DNA of 64,000 nt from an uncultured Alphaproteobacteria bacterium (GCA_963797115.1 CAWCOH010000002.1:643168-707167); one strand, 5' to 3'; shown: positions 38,866 to 50,569, counted from the first letter of the stretch. Made by a program: numbers and translations. The notes: generated by a model not told the origin, from the letters alone.

Positions 38866-38943
38866 GCTACCGCAGTCCGGGTGACGGCAGTGTCACCGGA
38901 GCAGACTGATCTACTAAGGCCGGTGCCGTGGTCGCCCCACGGC
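38863..38943 (-). promoter_or_regulatory. leader between the NusG paralogue and the first biosynthetic gene: two hairpins plus an ops-like motif
   Basis: On the minus strand: hairpin GCCGTGG-n5-CCACGGC (38925-38943) starts 8 nt after the NusG-paralogue stop; hairpin GGTGAC-n6-GTCACC lies within 38877-38899; TGCGGTAGCATG (38863-38874) matches the enterobacterial ops GGCGGTAGCGTG at 10 of 12 positions but includes the start codon of the next gene. Confidence 0.25.
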
Positions 38944-38950
38944 CCGGAGC

Positions 38951-39451
38951 TCAAGCTGCTTCCACCGCCTCCGCGTGGAGCTGAGCACGCACGACCCGTC
39001 CGAGCAATTCGAGCAGCACAACGACGCGATCCTGATCGCGCAACTCGACCAGCCTGCCGACCATGTCCTCAAGCGCCCCTGCGGTCACCCGAACGAGGTC
39101 ACCGAGCCGCAACGATTTGCTCGGATCGAGTTGGTCGAAACCGCCAGCCTTCTCCCGTTCCCGTATCGCGGTCACGATCTCAGATGGCACTGGGGCGGGC
39201 TCATCCCCGGCGCGGATAATATCGGCGACTCCAACCGTCGAAAGGATGGGGCGCCAGCGCATCGACGCCCGATCGATGCCGGCGAAGAGGTAGCGCGGAA
39301 ACAGTGGACGCAGCACCATCTGGTGACGTCGCGCGTGACTGATCCGCTTACGATAGCACGGAAGATAGGCTGAATAACCCTGCCGCAGCAGGTGCTGAAC
39401 CGCCTTGGTCTCGTCACGCGGCCGCGTGTGGACGGCGTACCAGCGCATCAC
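38951..39451 (-). CDS. specialised NusG paralogue (RfaH/LoaP-like transcription antiterminator)
   Basis: 166 aa. NGN domain WYAVHTRPRDETKAVQHLLRQGYSAYLP...LFPRYLF and a KOW-like GDLVRVTAGALEDMVGRLVEL. It lies at the head of the glycan locus and overlaps the MarR gene by 4 nt. Confidence 0.85.
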   Translation of the reverse strand: MMRWYAVHTRPRDETKAVQHLLRQGYSAYLPCYRKRISHARRHQMVLRPLFPRYLFAGIDRASMRWRPILSTVGVADIIRAGDEPAPVPSEIVTAIREREKAGGFDQLDPSKSLRLGDLVRVTAGALEDMVGRLVELRDQDRVVVLLELLGRVVRAQLHAEAVEAA

Positions 39452-40146
39452 CGCGCTGTTTCCTCGACGTGGTCCGTCGATTTCGGCGAAATGCGCAACA
39501 GGGTTGGCGCGACGACGCAGCCGCTTGGCAAGCCGCTCAGCTCAGCCGCTGATAACAAGCGCTCAAAATTGGCTTGTGGTGCTTGCGTATCGGTCACGAT
39601 GATCCCATCGAGCCTGCGGGGACCGGAAAGCGTTAGCGCCGTGTCAACGTCGGCGACCACCGGGAGGCCGCCGCAACGCCGTCCTGCCCGCTCCCGATCG
39701 ACGACGCAGAGTACTTCGATAGCGGTCTCGCCGGCGCTGAGAATTGCGATCTCTGCGAGGTCGCCTGCACCGTAAAGAGCGACCCTGCGCCAGCCGCGGG
39801 CCTCGCATTGCCGAAACAAGGCCGCACAGTCGGTGCGCGCACGGCGAAAGAAATCAAACGACACAGCGAGGTATTCGGTGGTCAGCCGGCTCTTCTCAGC
39901 GAGGCCCTGGGGCGTCAGATAATAAGAATAGCGGTTGATGGGTACCTGGCTCATCTTGATCAGGCCTTTGCGGACGCAGCGGCGCAAATACGCGTTTGCG
40001 AGTCCAACCGCAATGCCTAGGTCGTGCGCCAGCTTGCGCTGGGTGATCGCGCTGTTGCGCTCGATCGATGTGAGCACGCTCAGCACAATGCTCGGGTTGC
40101 CGCCCTCTTCGACTTGACTTTGCTCCCCCACCCCGACCGTCCTCAT
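39448..40146 (-). CDS. winged-helix (MarR-type, EPS-associated) transcriptional regulator with a C-terminal Rossmann-like domain
   Basis: ITQRKLAHDLGIAVGLANAYLRRCVRKGLIKMSQVPINRYSYYLTPQGLAEKSRL is a wHTH. The C-terminal RRVALYGAGDLAEIAIL resembles a nucleotide- or CoA-binding fold. It is the first gene of the co-directional block. Confidence 0.8.
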   Translation of the reverse strand: MRTVGVGEQSQVEEGGNPSIVLSVLTSIERNSAITQRKLAHDLGIAVGLANAYLRRCVRKGLIKMSQVPINRYSYYLTPQGLAEKSRLTTEYLAVSFDFFRRARTDCAALFRQCEARGWRRVALYGAGDLAEIAILSAGETAIEVLCVVDRERAGRRCGGLPVVADVDTALTLSGPRRLDGIIVTDTQAPQANFERLLSAAELSGLPSGCVVAPTLLRISPKSTDHVEETAR

Positions 40147-40276
40147 CGCATGATGGCGTAGTCTAGCGCGTTCACGGGGTGAACGTCAAGCTCCTCGGTC
40201 TGTCCCTAATCCCGGCTAGCGGGTCGGGATTCGGGCAATTCTGCAAGGAAGTGATGGAGTCTGCTTTTGTTCTGAC

Positions 40277-40726
40277 GTGATGGTAGGTTTCACCCGCTGG
40301 TTGCGGGGGAACGGGGATAGGGATCGACTGGATTTTGAGATCGATGTTGAGCTGGAAACGGGGCTGATCACGGGGCATGCGGGAGTGCCCGGGTTGATCG
40401 AAGCGTTTCGCCAGACCGGGACAGCGGCGGTGATCGATCGAGAGATCACACTGAAACGTCGCAAACGTGGCCTGAGCGCATCAGAGATGGTCGAGAGCCT
40501 ATCAGCGATGTGGGCGGCGGGCGGCGAGCGGGCTGAGGATCTCGATCAGTTCCGCCAAGACAAAGCGCTGGCGTTGTTGCTGGGGCACGACCTGCCGGCG
40601 GCGCAGACGGCGCGCGGTTTCCTGACGCAACTTCATGCCGAGGATCTGCCGCTGCTGCAGGAGGGCAAATCATTGTGCGTAGATTTGTGGGTCAATTGGA
40701 CGGACAATAGCGAGAACCAACGATAA
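40277..40726 (+). pseudogene. 5' fragment of an IS1380-family-like transposase gene
   Basis: LITGHAGVPGLIEAFRQTG...GLSASEMVESLSAMWAAGGERAEDLDQFRQDKALALLLG..LPAAQTARGFL resembles IS1380 transposase N-termini as I recall them. Only ~130 of the expected ~450 residues are present before unrelated sequence and a stop. Confidence 0.5.
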
Positions 40727-40766
40727 ACGATCTCTCTAAGGTCGTGGATGAGGCCGAGGAAAGATC

Positions 40767-41915
40767 ATGGCTCGTGCGTCAAGCAAGCTCTCCGCGGTCG
40801 GGGTCAAGGGCATCGACCAGAAAGGGATGTACCACGATGGCGGCGGGCTTTATCTCCAGGTGAGCGCCGGCGAGGCCAAATCGTGAATTTTTAGGTTCAC
40901 GCCCGACGGCCGTTCCCGCGAGATGGGCTTGGGACCCGTCCGTGCCATTCCCCTCGAGTGCCCCAGGGTGCGTGTCGACGGGATCGACCTGATCGAGGTG
41001 CAGAGGGCGGAGCGCGAGCAGAAGAGCCTCGATGCGGCCAAATCGATGACCTTCGGCGCATGCGCCGCGGTCTATATCGATGCGCATAAGGCCGGCTGGC
41101 GGAATGCAAAGCATATCGATCAATGGTCCAACACACTTTCCACCTATGCGAGCCCGGTCTTCGGTTCCTTGCCTATGCAGGCCGTCGATGTCGGGCTCGC
41201 GATGAAGGCCCTCGAGCCGATTTGGCAGACGAAGTCGGAGACAGCGAGCCGGCTGCGGGGACGGATCGAGGCGGCCCTCGCGACAAGCTCCTCCCAGCGC
41301 GCAACAAGGTTCGCAAAGTAGAGCACATCCTCGCCTGCCTCACGACGAGCTTGCCGATTTCATCGCAGTGCTGCGCAGCCAAGAAGGGATCGCGGCGCGG
41401 GCGTTGGAATTTCTGATCCTGACCGCAACTTGCACCGGCCAGGTGATCGGCGCTCGGTGGGACGAGGTCGATCTCGGTCAGAAGATTTGGGTCGCACCGG
41501 CGGCACGGATGAAAGCGGGCCGGGAGCACCGGGTCCGGCTCTCTCTGGGTCGGCCGGGGCCACCCTCGAAGAGATGAAGAAGATCCGCGAGAGCGACTTC
41601 ATCTTTCCCGGCGGCAAAAGGGGCAAGCCGCTTTCGAAAATGGCGATGCTGGCCGTTGTCAAGCGCATCGCTAGAAGCGACGTCACGAACTACGGGTTCC
41701 GATCGAGCTTTCGCGATTGGGCGGCGGAGCGAACGAACTTCCCGCGCGAGATCGCCTATGTGGCGCTGACGCACACGGTCGGCGACAAGGTCGAAGCCGC
41801 CTATCGCTGAGGAGACCTGTTTCAGAAACGGCAGCAGATGATGGATGCCTAGGCGAAATACTGCGGGACCACTGGGCCGCAGGCGGAGGTTGTTCGGATC
41901 AGCAGCCGTGCCTGA
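40767..41915 (+). pseudogene. P4-type tyrosine integrase (DUF4102 N-terminus), heavily decayed
   Basis: ATG 40767: MARASSKLSAVGVKGIDQKGMYHDGGGLYLQVSAGEAKS-TGA(40884-40886)-IFRFTPDGRSREMGLG, with the stop where W is expected. There is a deletion or frameshift after RGRIEAAL, then further shifts into LPHDELADFIAVLRSQEGIAARALEFLILTA...RMKAGREHRV and FIFPGGKRGKPLSKMAMLAV...YGFRSSFRDWAAE...HTVGDKVEAAYR-TGA-GDLFQKRQQMMDA-TAG-AKYC. Confidence 0.88.
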
Positions 41916-42564
41916 GCTTGATATTCGACCCGGAGGGGCGGGCGAGACGAGCCGGTAACGTTGGAGGGTTATCTCCGCCCTGATCCGCGCTCTAGCATTC
42001 CCATCGCTGTCTTGCGACGCTGCGGCCGACGTCACGCTGCCGGGAGGGTTCCTATCGGGATTGTCGCGTCAGCGGTGTGCGTAGCGCGGCGTGATTGCCG
42101 CGCCAAGGACATGAATTCATCCGGCCAGCGGCGCCCCAACCGGTAAGCCACGCACCTCCCGCCCCGGGAACGCCCCCGGAACTCGGCCTGCAACCTAATC
42201 GCGGTGAGCACAGCGTCCGTTCCGCCGAGCGGCCAGCACCCTATCCCGCGCAACGTTAGATAAGCCTGTTACCAAGTGTCTTGGGCGGAAGTGGCGTAAT
42301 TTGAAAGATTCACCACGCCAGACGCCGGGATACTCGCGGGTGTTGAGGCAGATTGGGATAGGTTGGGGCGCGGCAGCGAACTACCATTCATGGAAGCGGC
42401 GCAGCACGGCTGGTGTCGAGTAGGCGTGGTATTGCGCGCATTGCAGGAACCCGTCCACACCCCTTGGCCGCGCGCATGTTAGCGCCGCTGTAATTCTGAC
42501 CCAGGTCGCCGACTGAAAGCTGACCCACTGGCTAGGCTGGTTCCCTCGATGTGGAGGGGGCCGG

Positions 42565-44390
<1,826 letters not shown>

Positions 44391-45390
44391 CCTCCCGCGC
44401 TGCGCTACGTCGGACTCATGGCGGTCACTTCGCTACGCGCGGGTCCCTCCTGTGGACTACCGGGACAAGCCCTCGAGCAACGAGACTGGGTCAAGGTTCA
44501 ATCGGCGATATCGAGCAAAGTGGGTCAGGATTCAACCGGCGTTGACACGCATACATGCCCGGGAACTTGCCGAGCTGGGCCGGACTGATCTTGCTGAGCT
44601 CAGAGAGCTTGGCCCCGGCCGGGAGGATCGGCAGGATGCAATTCTGCAGGGCGGTGCCGATGTACTTCAGGAGATCTGAGAAGGTGACTTCCATATCCAT
44701 CACGCATCCTCCGAGTGCGGCACCGGGGCAGCCCCTGAGATCGCCGATTGACCTCGGAATCGGTCCAAGCTGTTGAGGGATTTTCCTCAGTCATGCGCCG
44801 CCCAAGCCAACTCGGCGGCGTTGATCGCGGCGAGCGTTGCTGACATCGAGTAACGTGAGACAAGATGCCGGATCGCGTAGGGTTGTGCCTCAAGCGGGTT
44901 CCCGCTATCCTGGTCTTCGTCGATAGCCCTATCGATATTTCCTTCGGGCGTCGTTTGGGTAGCAGCCTGACGGAGCACTCTGGGGTGTTCCATCGCGCTG
45001 CTGAGAATCGCCCGGGCCGGCTATGCCCGAACTCGTACATGGCCGTCTCCATTTGAGTTGCCTATCTCCCGGGCGGCATGCAGGGATCGAAGCCCCGTCG
45101 ACCTTTGCAAACCGCGCCGTCCTCCGCCAGGATGTCCGTATCGGCCATATCGATGGACCTCGTTCGGTGCGCCTGCGCATCACTACTGCTCCCCCTCAAA
45201 ACGTCGATATGGAAACAGCTTCGGCGTTCATTTCCTGTCTCCACGTTGATCCAGGCCGGGCTCGGGTCATCGGTCTGTGTTCGACATCGACACCCAGAGT
45301 GTGGTGATCGCGGCATGGTTCAGGAGCAAGGTGGATGCCGTTCTGGGTGTGTCGCCCGTGGTGCGCCGGCGAGACGCCAACGACACGCGC

Positions 45391-45850
45391 ATGGTGCAGT
45401 TCTTCAAGCACAAGGACCACAGCCCTTGGATCCAAGGGCTCCTTCAACCTCCTCGTCCAGCCCGAGCATCTTGCGGACCGGTTCAAGGACGCGATTCTGC
45501 CGGCCGGTGTTGGCCAGCCCCGTGATGATCATGATCATGGAAAACGCCGCCCTCAACGCCATTAGGGCGTATCTCGATCCCGGCGAGAGCGCAGTCGGCA
45601 CGACCGTCAACGTGCGCCATCCCGCGGCGACGCCGGTTGGACGCCTGGTTTCCGGGGAGGCGAGGTGACGAAGGTCGGCGGGCGGCAAATCGAGTTCACC
45701 GTCCGGGCAACCGAGGCCGCCAAGGAGATCGGGGCCGGCTCGCATTACCGGGTCGTCATCGACATGGATAGGTTCATGCGACGGCTCGAAGGAGCAACGG
45801 TTAGCCCGGTTTCGACCACAATCGGCGCGGCGGATAAAGTTCGGCCCTGA
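45391..45850 (+). pseudogene. decayed hotdog-fold thioesterase (COG5496/FlK-like)
   Basis: The pieces lie in three frames: MVQFFKHKDHSPWIQG / SFNLLVQPEHLADRFKDAILP / PVLASPVMIMIMENAALNAIRAYLDPGESAVGTTVNVRHPAATPVGRLVSGEAR / VTKVGGRQIEFTVRATEAAKEIGAGSHYRVVIDMDRF. Joined, they reproduce the family pattern (ATP.MI..ME.AA...L..GE..VGT.V.V.H.AATPVG) as I recall it. Confidence 0.5.
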
Positions 45851-45854
45851 ATTG

Positions 45855-46365
45855 ACGTTGACGGTCCTGGCTCCGCCTGGAGTCAGCCTCTCGATGTCGT
45901 CACGCCGCTCATCCTCCCGTGACGCACGGACGAACTGCCGTGAAATCAATACCTCGGAGCGGTGATCGGCTCCGTCCATGGTTCGCGCTCGATCGCGAAA
46001 CCTTTTACGACGAGACCCCGGTAGCGATCGCGCCGATGGGCTTTTGCTATCCCGGCCGCGACGGCAAAGGTGGAGATCTGCCGCCGCGCCGCTAATGTAC
46101 ACCGCGGTGGCATGCGCGATTGTTCGCCTTCTTCCCGGAGGTCGAGCTCACCCTGCTGGTCGGCAGCTATAGATCAACTACTCGTCCCAGGCGCCCGAGC
46201 AGGATCGATGACCGGAGCGATCTAGCGCTGGCGCGACTTCCCGCAGGAGCTCTCCGTTTTTCTCGCACACTTGGGCTGGCGCACCACGCGCCGGCTGCGC
46301 GACGACCCGTGGTTCGAGCGCGAGGCCTTGCTGGAGCCGCGAGCCTGCGCAGCGGTGGCGATCAA
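45855..46365 (+). pseudogene. decayed uracil-DNA glycosylase-superfamily gene
   Basis: SGDRLRPWFALDRETFYDETPVAIAPMGFCYPGRDGKGGDLPPRR-TAA-CTPRWH..FFPEVELTLLVGSY, followed by frame-shifted ...DDPWFEREALLEP. Stops and shifts interrupt an otherwise recognisable UDG-family order of motifs. Confidence 0.45.
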
Positions 46366-46754
46366 TCCGCCTTCTCGATCCGCGCCATGTCCTCGTCGCT
46401 GAACCCGAAATGGTGGCCGATTTCGTGGATCAGTACGTGGCGCACTAGGCAGGCAAGGTCCTCGCCAGTCTCGCACCAATAATCGAGGATCGGCCGCCGG
46501 TACAAAAACACCATGTCGAGATCCGGCCCCGAATCGCTGACGCTTTTATGCGGCAACGCTACGCCACGATAAAGACCGAGAATATCGAACGGGCTGTCGA
46601 GACCCATGGCCTCCTCGGTCTCTTCGTCGGGAAATTCCTCGACCCGGATCACGACCGGGTTCAAATGAACCTTCAGCCGTCGCGGAATGACGGCGAGAGC
46701 GCACCGTGCCAGTTCCTCGATATCAGCGGGCGATGGCGGCAGGTGTTCCGTCAT
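46362..46754 (-). CDS. zincin-like metallopeptidase-fold protein (DUF1025)
   Basis: 130 aa with [14 protein letters not shown] (HExxH) and an upstream FDILGLYRG. The size and motifs are typical of the family. Confidence 0.85.
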   Translation of the reverse strand: MTEHLPPSPADIEELARCALAVIPRRLKVHLNPVVIRVEEFPDEETEEAMGLDSPFDILGLYRGVALPHKSVSDSGPDLDMVFLYRRPILDYWCETGEDLACLVRHVLIHEIGHHFGFSDEDMARIEKAD

Positions 46755-46783
46755 GGTATCAATGCCTCAACCTGGAGGGTTAC

Positions 46784-47101
46784 ATGGTCGAGAAGCTTGT
46801 CGGAGCCGCTCGGCACGCGGCATTGCAGGAAATCCACGGCTGGGCAGAGGTCGAAGATCGTGACGCTATCCGCAAAAGCTATCATTTCAGCGACTTCTCC
46901 GAGGCCTGGGGGTTCATGTCGCGAATGGCGCTCCTAGCCGAAAAAATGGACCACCACCCCGAGCTCTTCAACGTCTACAACCGCGTAGAGGTAGTTCTCT
47001 CGACTCACGACGCGGGCGGGCTGAGCGAACTCGACATTCGTCTCGCGCACGCGATCGACGAGATCGCACCCGAGCGTGATCGGCGGCCGCCTCTGCCGTA
47101 A
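46784..47101 (+). CDS. phhB: 4a-hydroxytetrahydrobiopterin dehydratase (pterin-4-alpha-carbinolamine dehydratase)
   Basis: Starts at ATG 46784 behind GGAGGG. Carries [54 protein letters not shown]. Confidence 0.9.
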   Translation: MVEKLVGAARHAALQEIHGWAEVEDRDAIRKSYHFSDFSEAWGFMSRMALLAEKMDHHPELFNVYNRVEVVLSTHDAGGLSELDIRLAHAIDEIAPERDRRPPLP

Positions 47102-47113
47102 TCGCAGCAAGCC

Positions 47114-47896
47114 TCACCGCGAGGCCATGCGCAATGCCCCGTCGAGGCGGACCACTTCGCCGTTGATCATCGTGTTCCGGCACAAGTGCAGCACGAGTGC
47201 GGCATATTCCTCGGGACGGCCCAGCCGGCGCGGAAACGGAACGCTCGCGGCAAGGCTGTCCTGGACGTTCTGCGCTAGACCCTCCAACATCGGCGTCGCA
47301 AAGATGCCGGGAGCGATCGCCACGACCCTCACCCCGTAGCGCGCCAGTTCGCGTGCCGCCGGTAAGGTGAGAGCGACGACGCCGCCCTTCGAGGCGCTAT
47401 AGGCGGCTTGGCCGATCTGTCCCTCATACGCAGCAACCGAGGCAGTGGAAATGATGATGCCGCGTTCGCCGTCCGCCAGTGGGTCGAGCGTGCTCATCTC
47501 CACTGCCGCGAGCCGCATGACGTTGAAGCTGCCGACCAGGTTCACTTCGATCACTCGCCGGAACGCATCGAGCGGCAGCGGGCCCTCGCGCCCAACGATG
47601 CGCCCGGCGGTCCCGATCCCAGCACAGTTGACGGCAATGCGCGCGGGGCCGTGCTGCTCGCGTGCCGTGACAAAGGCTTCCTCCAACGACTTAGCGTCAG
47701 CGACATCGGAGCCGATCGCCAATCCGCCCGTCTCTTGCGCCGCCGCATCTGCAGCCGCCTTGTTGATGTCGAGGATAGTGACCTTGACCCCGGACGCCGC
47801 GAGCACCCGAGCTGTCGCTCGGCCCAACCCGGACCCGCCCCCGCTGACGATTGCCGCCTGACCCTCTATCTGCATAGCCTCTCTCCTCTCGGTCAC
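47114..47896 (-). CDS. classical SDR oxidoreductase (3-hydroxyacyl-CoA dehydrogenase type 2-like)
   Basis: 260 aa with AIVSGGGSGLGRATA (TGxxxGxG), NCAG and catalytic YSASKGGV. Confidence 0.9.
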   Translation of the reverse strand: MTERREAMQIEGQAAIVSGGGSGLGRATARVLAASGVKVTILDINKAAADAAAQETGGLAIGSDVADAKSLEEAFVTAREQHGPARIAVNCAGIGTAGRIVGREGPLPLDAFRRVIEVNLVGSFNVMRLAAVEMSTLDPLADGERGIIISTASVAAYEGQIGQAAYSASKGGVVALTLPAARELARYGVRVVAIAPGIFATPMLEGLAQNVQDSLAASVPFPRRLGRPEEYAALVLHLCRNTMINGEVVRLDGALRMASR

Positions 47897-48843
47897 TTAT
47901 GTCGCCGGGGACGAGCCGGTTCACCCGAGCAGCTGCGGTCCTTCGGGGATCCCGACGCATCGGCGTCCTCGGGGTGCGGGGCGGTCGGGACCGCCGTCAA
48001 GGCGGCACGGTTTAAGCGCGACAGCTGCGCCTCGCGATGAGCGACATAGATTGACGAGCCGGCGATGATCGCTGCACCCACCCAGGTCCACGCATCGGTC
48101 ACTTCGCCAAACCATAGGAAGCCGATCAGTGCCGCGAACGGCAGGCGGGCAAACTCGAACGGGGCGCAGGCGCTGGCGTCGGCCGCGGCGTAGGCCCGGG
48201 CAACCGAGATGTGGGCGATCGTCCCGAGGCAACCAAGGCCGACAAGGGCCCCGAAAGTGGACAGATCCGGCATGCGCCAGACAAACAAGGCCGGAACAAG
48301 AGACAACGGTGTCAGATAAATCATGAAGAAGGCGACGATCGTGCTCGGCCGTTCGGTGCGCGCCAGAAATTTGACGGTGATGTTGTTCATCGCCCCGGTC
48401 GCGGCCGACAGCAACAGGATCAGCAGGTTCGCATCAAGCCGCTCGTTGCCCGGCCGCATGATTACGAGGACCCCGACAAAGCCGAGCACGACTGCGCTCC
48501 AACGGCGGAAGCGGACGACTTCGTGGAGGACGAGGACGGCCGCCAGGGTCGCAAAGAGCGGCCCGGTAAAGGCGACGGCAGTCGCCGTCGCCAGCGGCAC
48601 CACGGTGATCCCGTAGAACCAAGTCACCATCGATACCAGGCCGATCGCCGCCCGTAGCAGGTAGAAGCCCATTCTGCGGGGACGCAACTGGGCCGCGCGG
48701 CCCTTGACGACCCACGGGAGCACGAAGAGCAGCCCGAACAGGCAGCGAAAAAACGCCACCTCGAAGGGGTGCATCTGCTGCGCCGCGATGCGGATCAGCA
48801 CGTTCATCATCACCGCGCAGGCCCCGCTGAGCAGAATCCACAA
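47893..48843 (-). CDS. DMT-superfamily (EamA) transporter
   Basis: 316 aa with about 10 hydrophobic segments in two EamA-like halves. 4-nt overlap with the downstream SDR gene. Confidence 0.85.
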   Translation of the reverse strand: MWILLSGACAVMMNVLIRIAAQQMHPFEVAFFRCLFGLLFVLPWVVKGRAAQLRPRRMGFYLLRAAIGLVSMVTWFYGITVVPLATATAVAFTGPLFATLAAVLVLHEVVRFRRWSAVVLGFVGVLVIMRPGNERLDANLLILLLSAATGAMNNITVKFLARTERPSTIVAFFMIYLTPLSLVPALFVWRMPDLSTFGALVGLGCLGTIAHISVARAYAAADASACAPFEFARLPFAALIGFLWFGEVTDAWTWVGAAIIAGSSIYVAHREAQLSRLNRAALTAVPTAPHPEDADASGSPKDRSCSGEPARPRRHK

Positions 48844-48965
48844 GCCGGCGCGGGTGATCGGCGAGAGCGGTGTCGCAGTTAGAGCGAGGAGCGGTATCCG
48901 GTTGGCCAGCGGCGAGCATCCCCCTGGATCGGCCCGCCGGCGGAGCCAAGTCGTCGGGGTCTCGG

Positions 48966-49502
48966 TCAGTGAAACGGAACCGTCAGGACAAAGGTCGCAA
49001 ATTCTGCGCCGGGGTCGTGCTTGCCGATGCCGGCATTCGATATGTGATAGAGGCCGACCCCGACACGGTTCATGTTCTCAAACCGGTAGGCAAATTCCGC
49101 ACCGCTGCGAAACTCGCAATTCGCATCGAGATTAATCCCGCTGCCGCGACTGAAATACCCGACCGCGGTGCTCGGCGTCACGACAAATCCTTGGCCGATA
49201 TTGATGTCGAAACCGATGCCGCCATAGCCGTAGAAGGCGCCTTGACCGGTCCCCAAAACGCCAAGGAACGGGGCCACGATCCACACCGCGTCACCAAAGC
49301 GGAACTCGCTCAGCGCCAAACCCGTCGGCCTGCTGCCCGATTGGCCGCTGTTGGGAATCACGTCGAACGCGCCGCCGCCGATTGCGATCCGTGGGGGATC
49401 GGCCGGCGAGCCAAAGGTGACTTGCGCGGCAGCAGAATGAGCCATCGCAGAAGCTAACGCGATCAGGATGCCGATCCCGGCGCGATTGGGGGATCGTTCC
49501 AT
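48966..49502 (-). CDS. outer-membrane acyloxyacyl hydrolase (PagL-like lipid A deacylase family)
   Basis: 178 aa with a signal peptide IGILIALASAMAHSAAA, beta-barrel-like alternating pattern, LYHISNAG (the HxSN catalytic motif) and a C-terminal aromatic residue. Confidence 0.72.
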   Translation of the reverse strand: MERSPNRAGIGILIALASAMAHSAAAQVTFGSPADPPRIAIGGGAFDVIPNSGQSGSRPTGLALSEFRFGDAVWIVAPFLGVLGTGQGAFYGYGGIGFDINIGQGFVVTPSTAVGYFSRGSGINLDANCEFRSGAEFAYRFENMNRVGVGLYHISNAGIGKHDPGAEFATFVLTVPFH

Positions 49503-49603
49503 GCTCCACGTTCCTTTCCTCTTTGGCGCACATCCATCGGCCCCGGTCGCGTATCATCCTAAAGTCGTATAACCTCGTGCAAGTAAAACTGCTCGTGCCA
49601 ACA

Positions 49604-50569
49604 TCAGGCGATCTTCATGCGCTCGGTCGCCAGCACCAGTTGCTCGCGGATGCCGGGCTCCATCGCCGAGTGGCCGGCATTCGGAACAACTACATACTGC
49701 GCCTCCGGCCAAGCGCGGGCGAGCTCGTCGGCGCTGCGAATGGGGCAGACCATGTCGTAGCGCCCTTGCACAATGACCGCAGGGAGCTGGCGAAGATGCC
49801 TGGCCCGAGCGATCAGATCGTGCTCGCCGGAAAGCAGATGATGGCTGAAGAAGTGCGCCTCGATTCGCGCCAAGCCTAACGCCAGCCTGTCCTCACCGAA
49901 GGCGGCCACCGTTTCCGGGTTTGGCAGCAACGTCGAGCAGGCTCCTTCATAGGTGCTCCAGGCGCGCGCTGCCGGCATGTGGATGTGGGGGTCGGGGTCG
50001 AGCAGTCGACGATAGTAGGCGGCGAGGATGTCGCCGCGTTCGCCCTCGGGAAGAAATTCCGAGAAAGTGCGCCAAGCCTCCGGAAAAACCCTTTGCACGC
50101 CATAGAGGAACCATTCGATCTCCTCGCTGCGGCAGAGAAAAATTCCACGCAGGATGAGCCCGGTGCAGCGGGAGGGATAGGAGGCGGCATAGTCGAGCGC
50201 CAAGGTCGAACCCCACGAGCCGCCAAACACGAGCCAAGTCTCGATTTCGAGCGCGGTGCGCAGCCGCTCGATGTCGGCGACGAGGTGCGCCGGGCTGTTG
50301 TCGGTGATCTCGCCGAGCGGGGTCGACCGGCCAGCGCCGCGCTGATCGAAGATCACGATCCGCCAGTAGACGGGATCGAAAAACCGGCGGTGCACCGCTG
50401 TGGCCCCGGCGCCGGGACCGCCATGCAGGAATAGCACCGGGGCGCCGCGCGGGTTACCCGACTGCTCCCAGTACATCACATGCCGGGCGTCGAGCCGCAG
50501 GCTGCCCGTCCGGTAAGGATCGATCGGCGGAAAGAGGTCGCGGCGGTTCGTCATCATGAGGCAGTCCAA
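49604..50569 (-). CDS. pip: prolyl aminopeptidase (proline iminopeptidase)
   Basis: PYRTGSLRLD..HVMYWEQSGNPRGAPVLFLHGGPGAG and the nucleophile elbow GGSWGSTLAL are the canonical Pip pattern. Confidence 0.92.
   Translation of the reverse strand: MDCLMMTNRRDLFPPIDPYRTGSLRLDARHVMYWEQSGNPRGAPVLFLHGGPGAGATAVHRRFFDPVYWRIVIFDQRGAGRSTPLGEITDNSPAHLVADIERLRTALEIETWLVFGGSWGSTLALDYAASYPSRCTGLILRGIFLCRSEEIEWFLYGVQRVFPEAWRTFSEFLPEGERGDILAAYYRRLLDPDPHIHMPAARAWSTYEGACSTLLPNPETVAAFGEDRLALGLARIEAHFFSHHLLSGEHDLIARARHLRQLPAVIVQGRYDMVCPIRSADELARAWPEAQYVVVPNAGHSAMEPGIREQLVLATERMKIA

Noticed and set aside
44600-45052. Possible remnants of a toxin-antitoxin pair (GRFSAARWNTPE is reminiscent of the RES-domain GGRWN motif, plus an adjacent small ORF at 44787-44993)
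   Set aside because: The only support is a single short motif in a frame that otherwise looks non-coding. I could not trace the other RES motifs or any Xre/DUF2384 pattern. This is too weak to call.
45404-46102. 232-aa minus-strand ORF in the decayed region
   Set aside because: It has no motif and an Arg-rich composition. The opposite strand carries recognisable thioesterase and UDG-family remnants.
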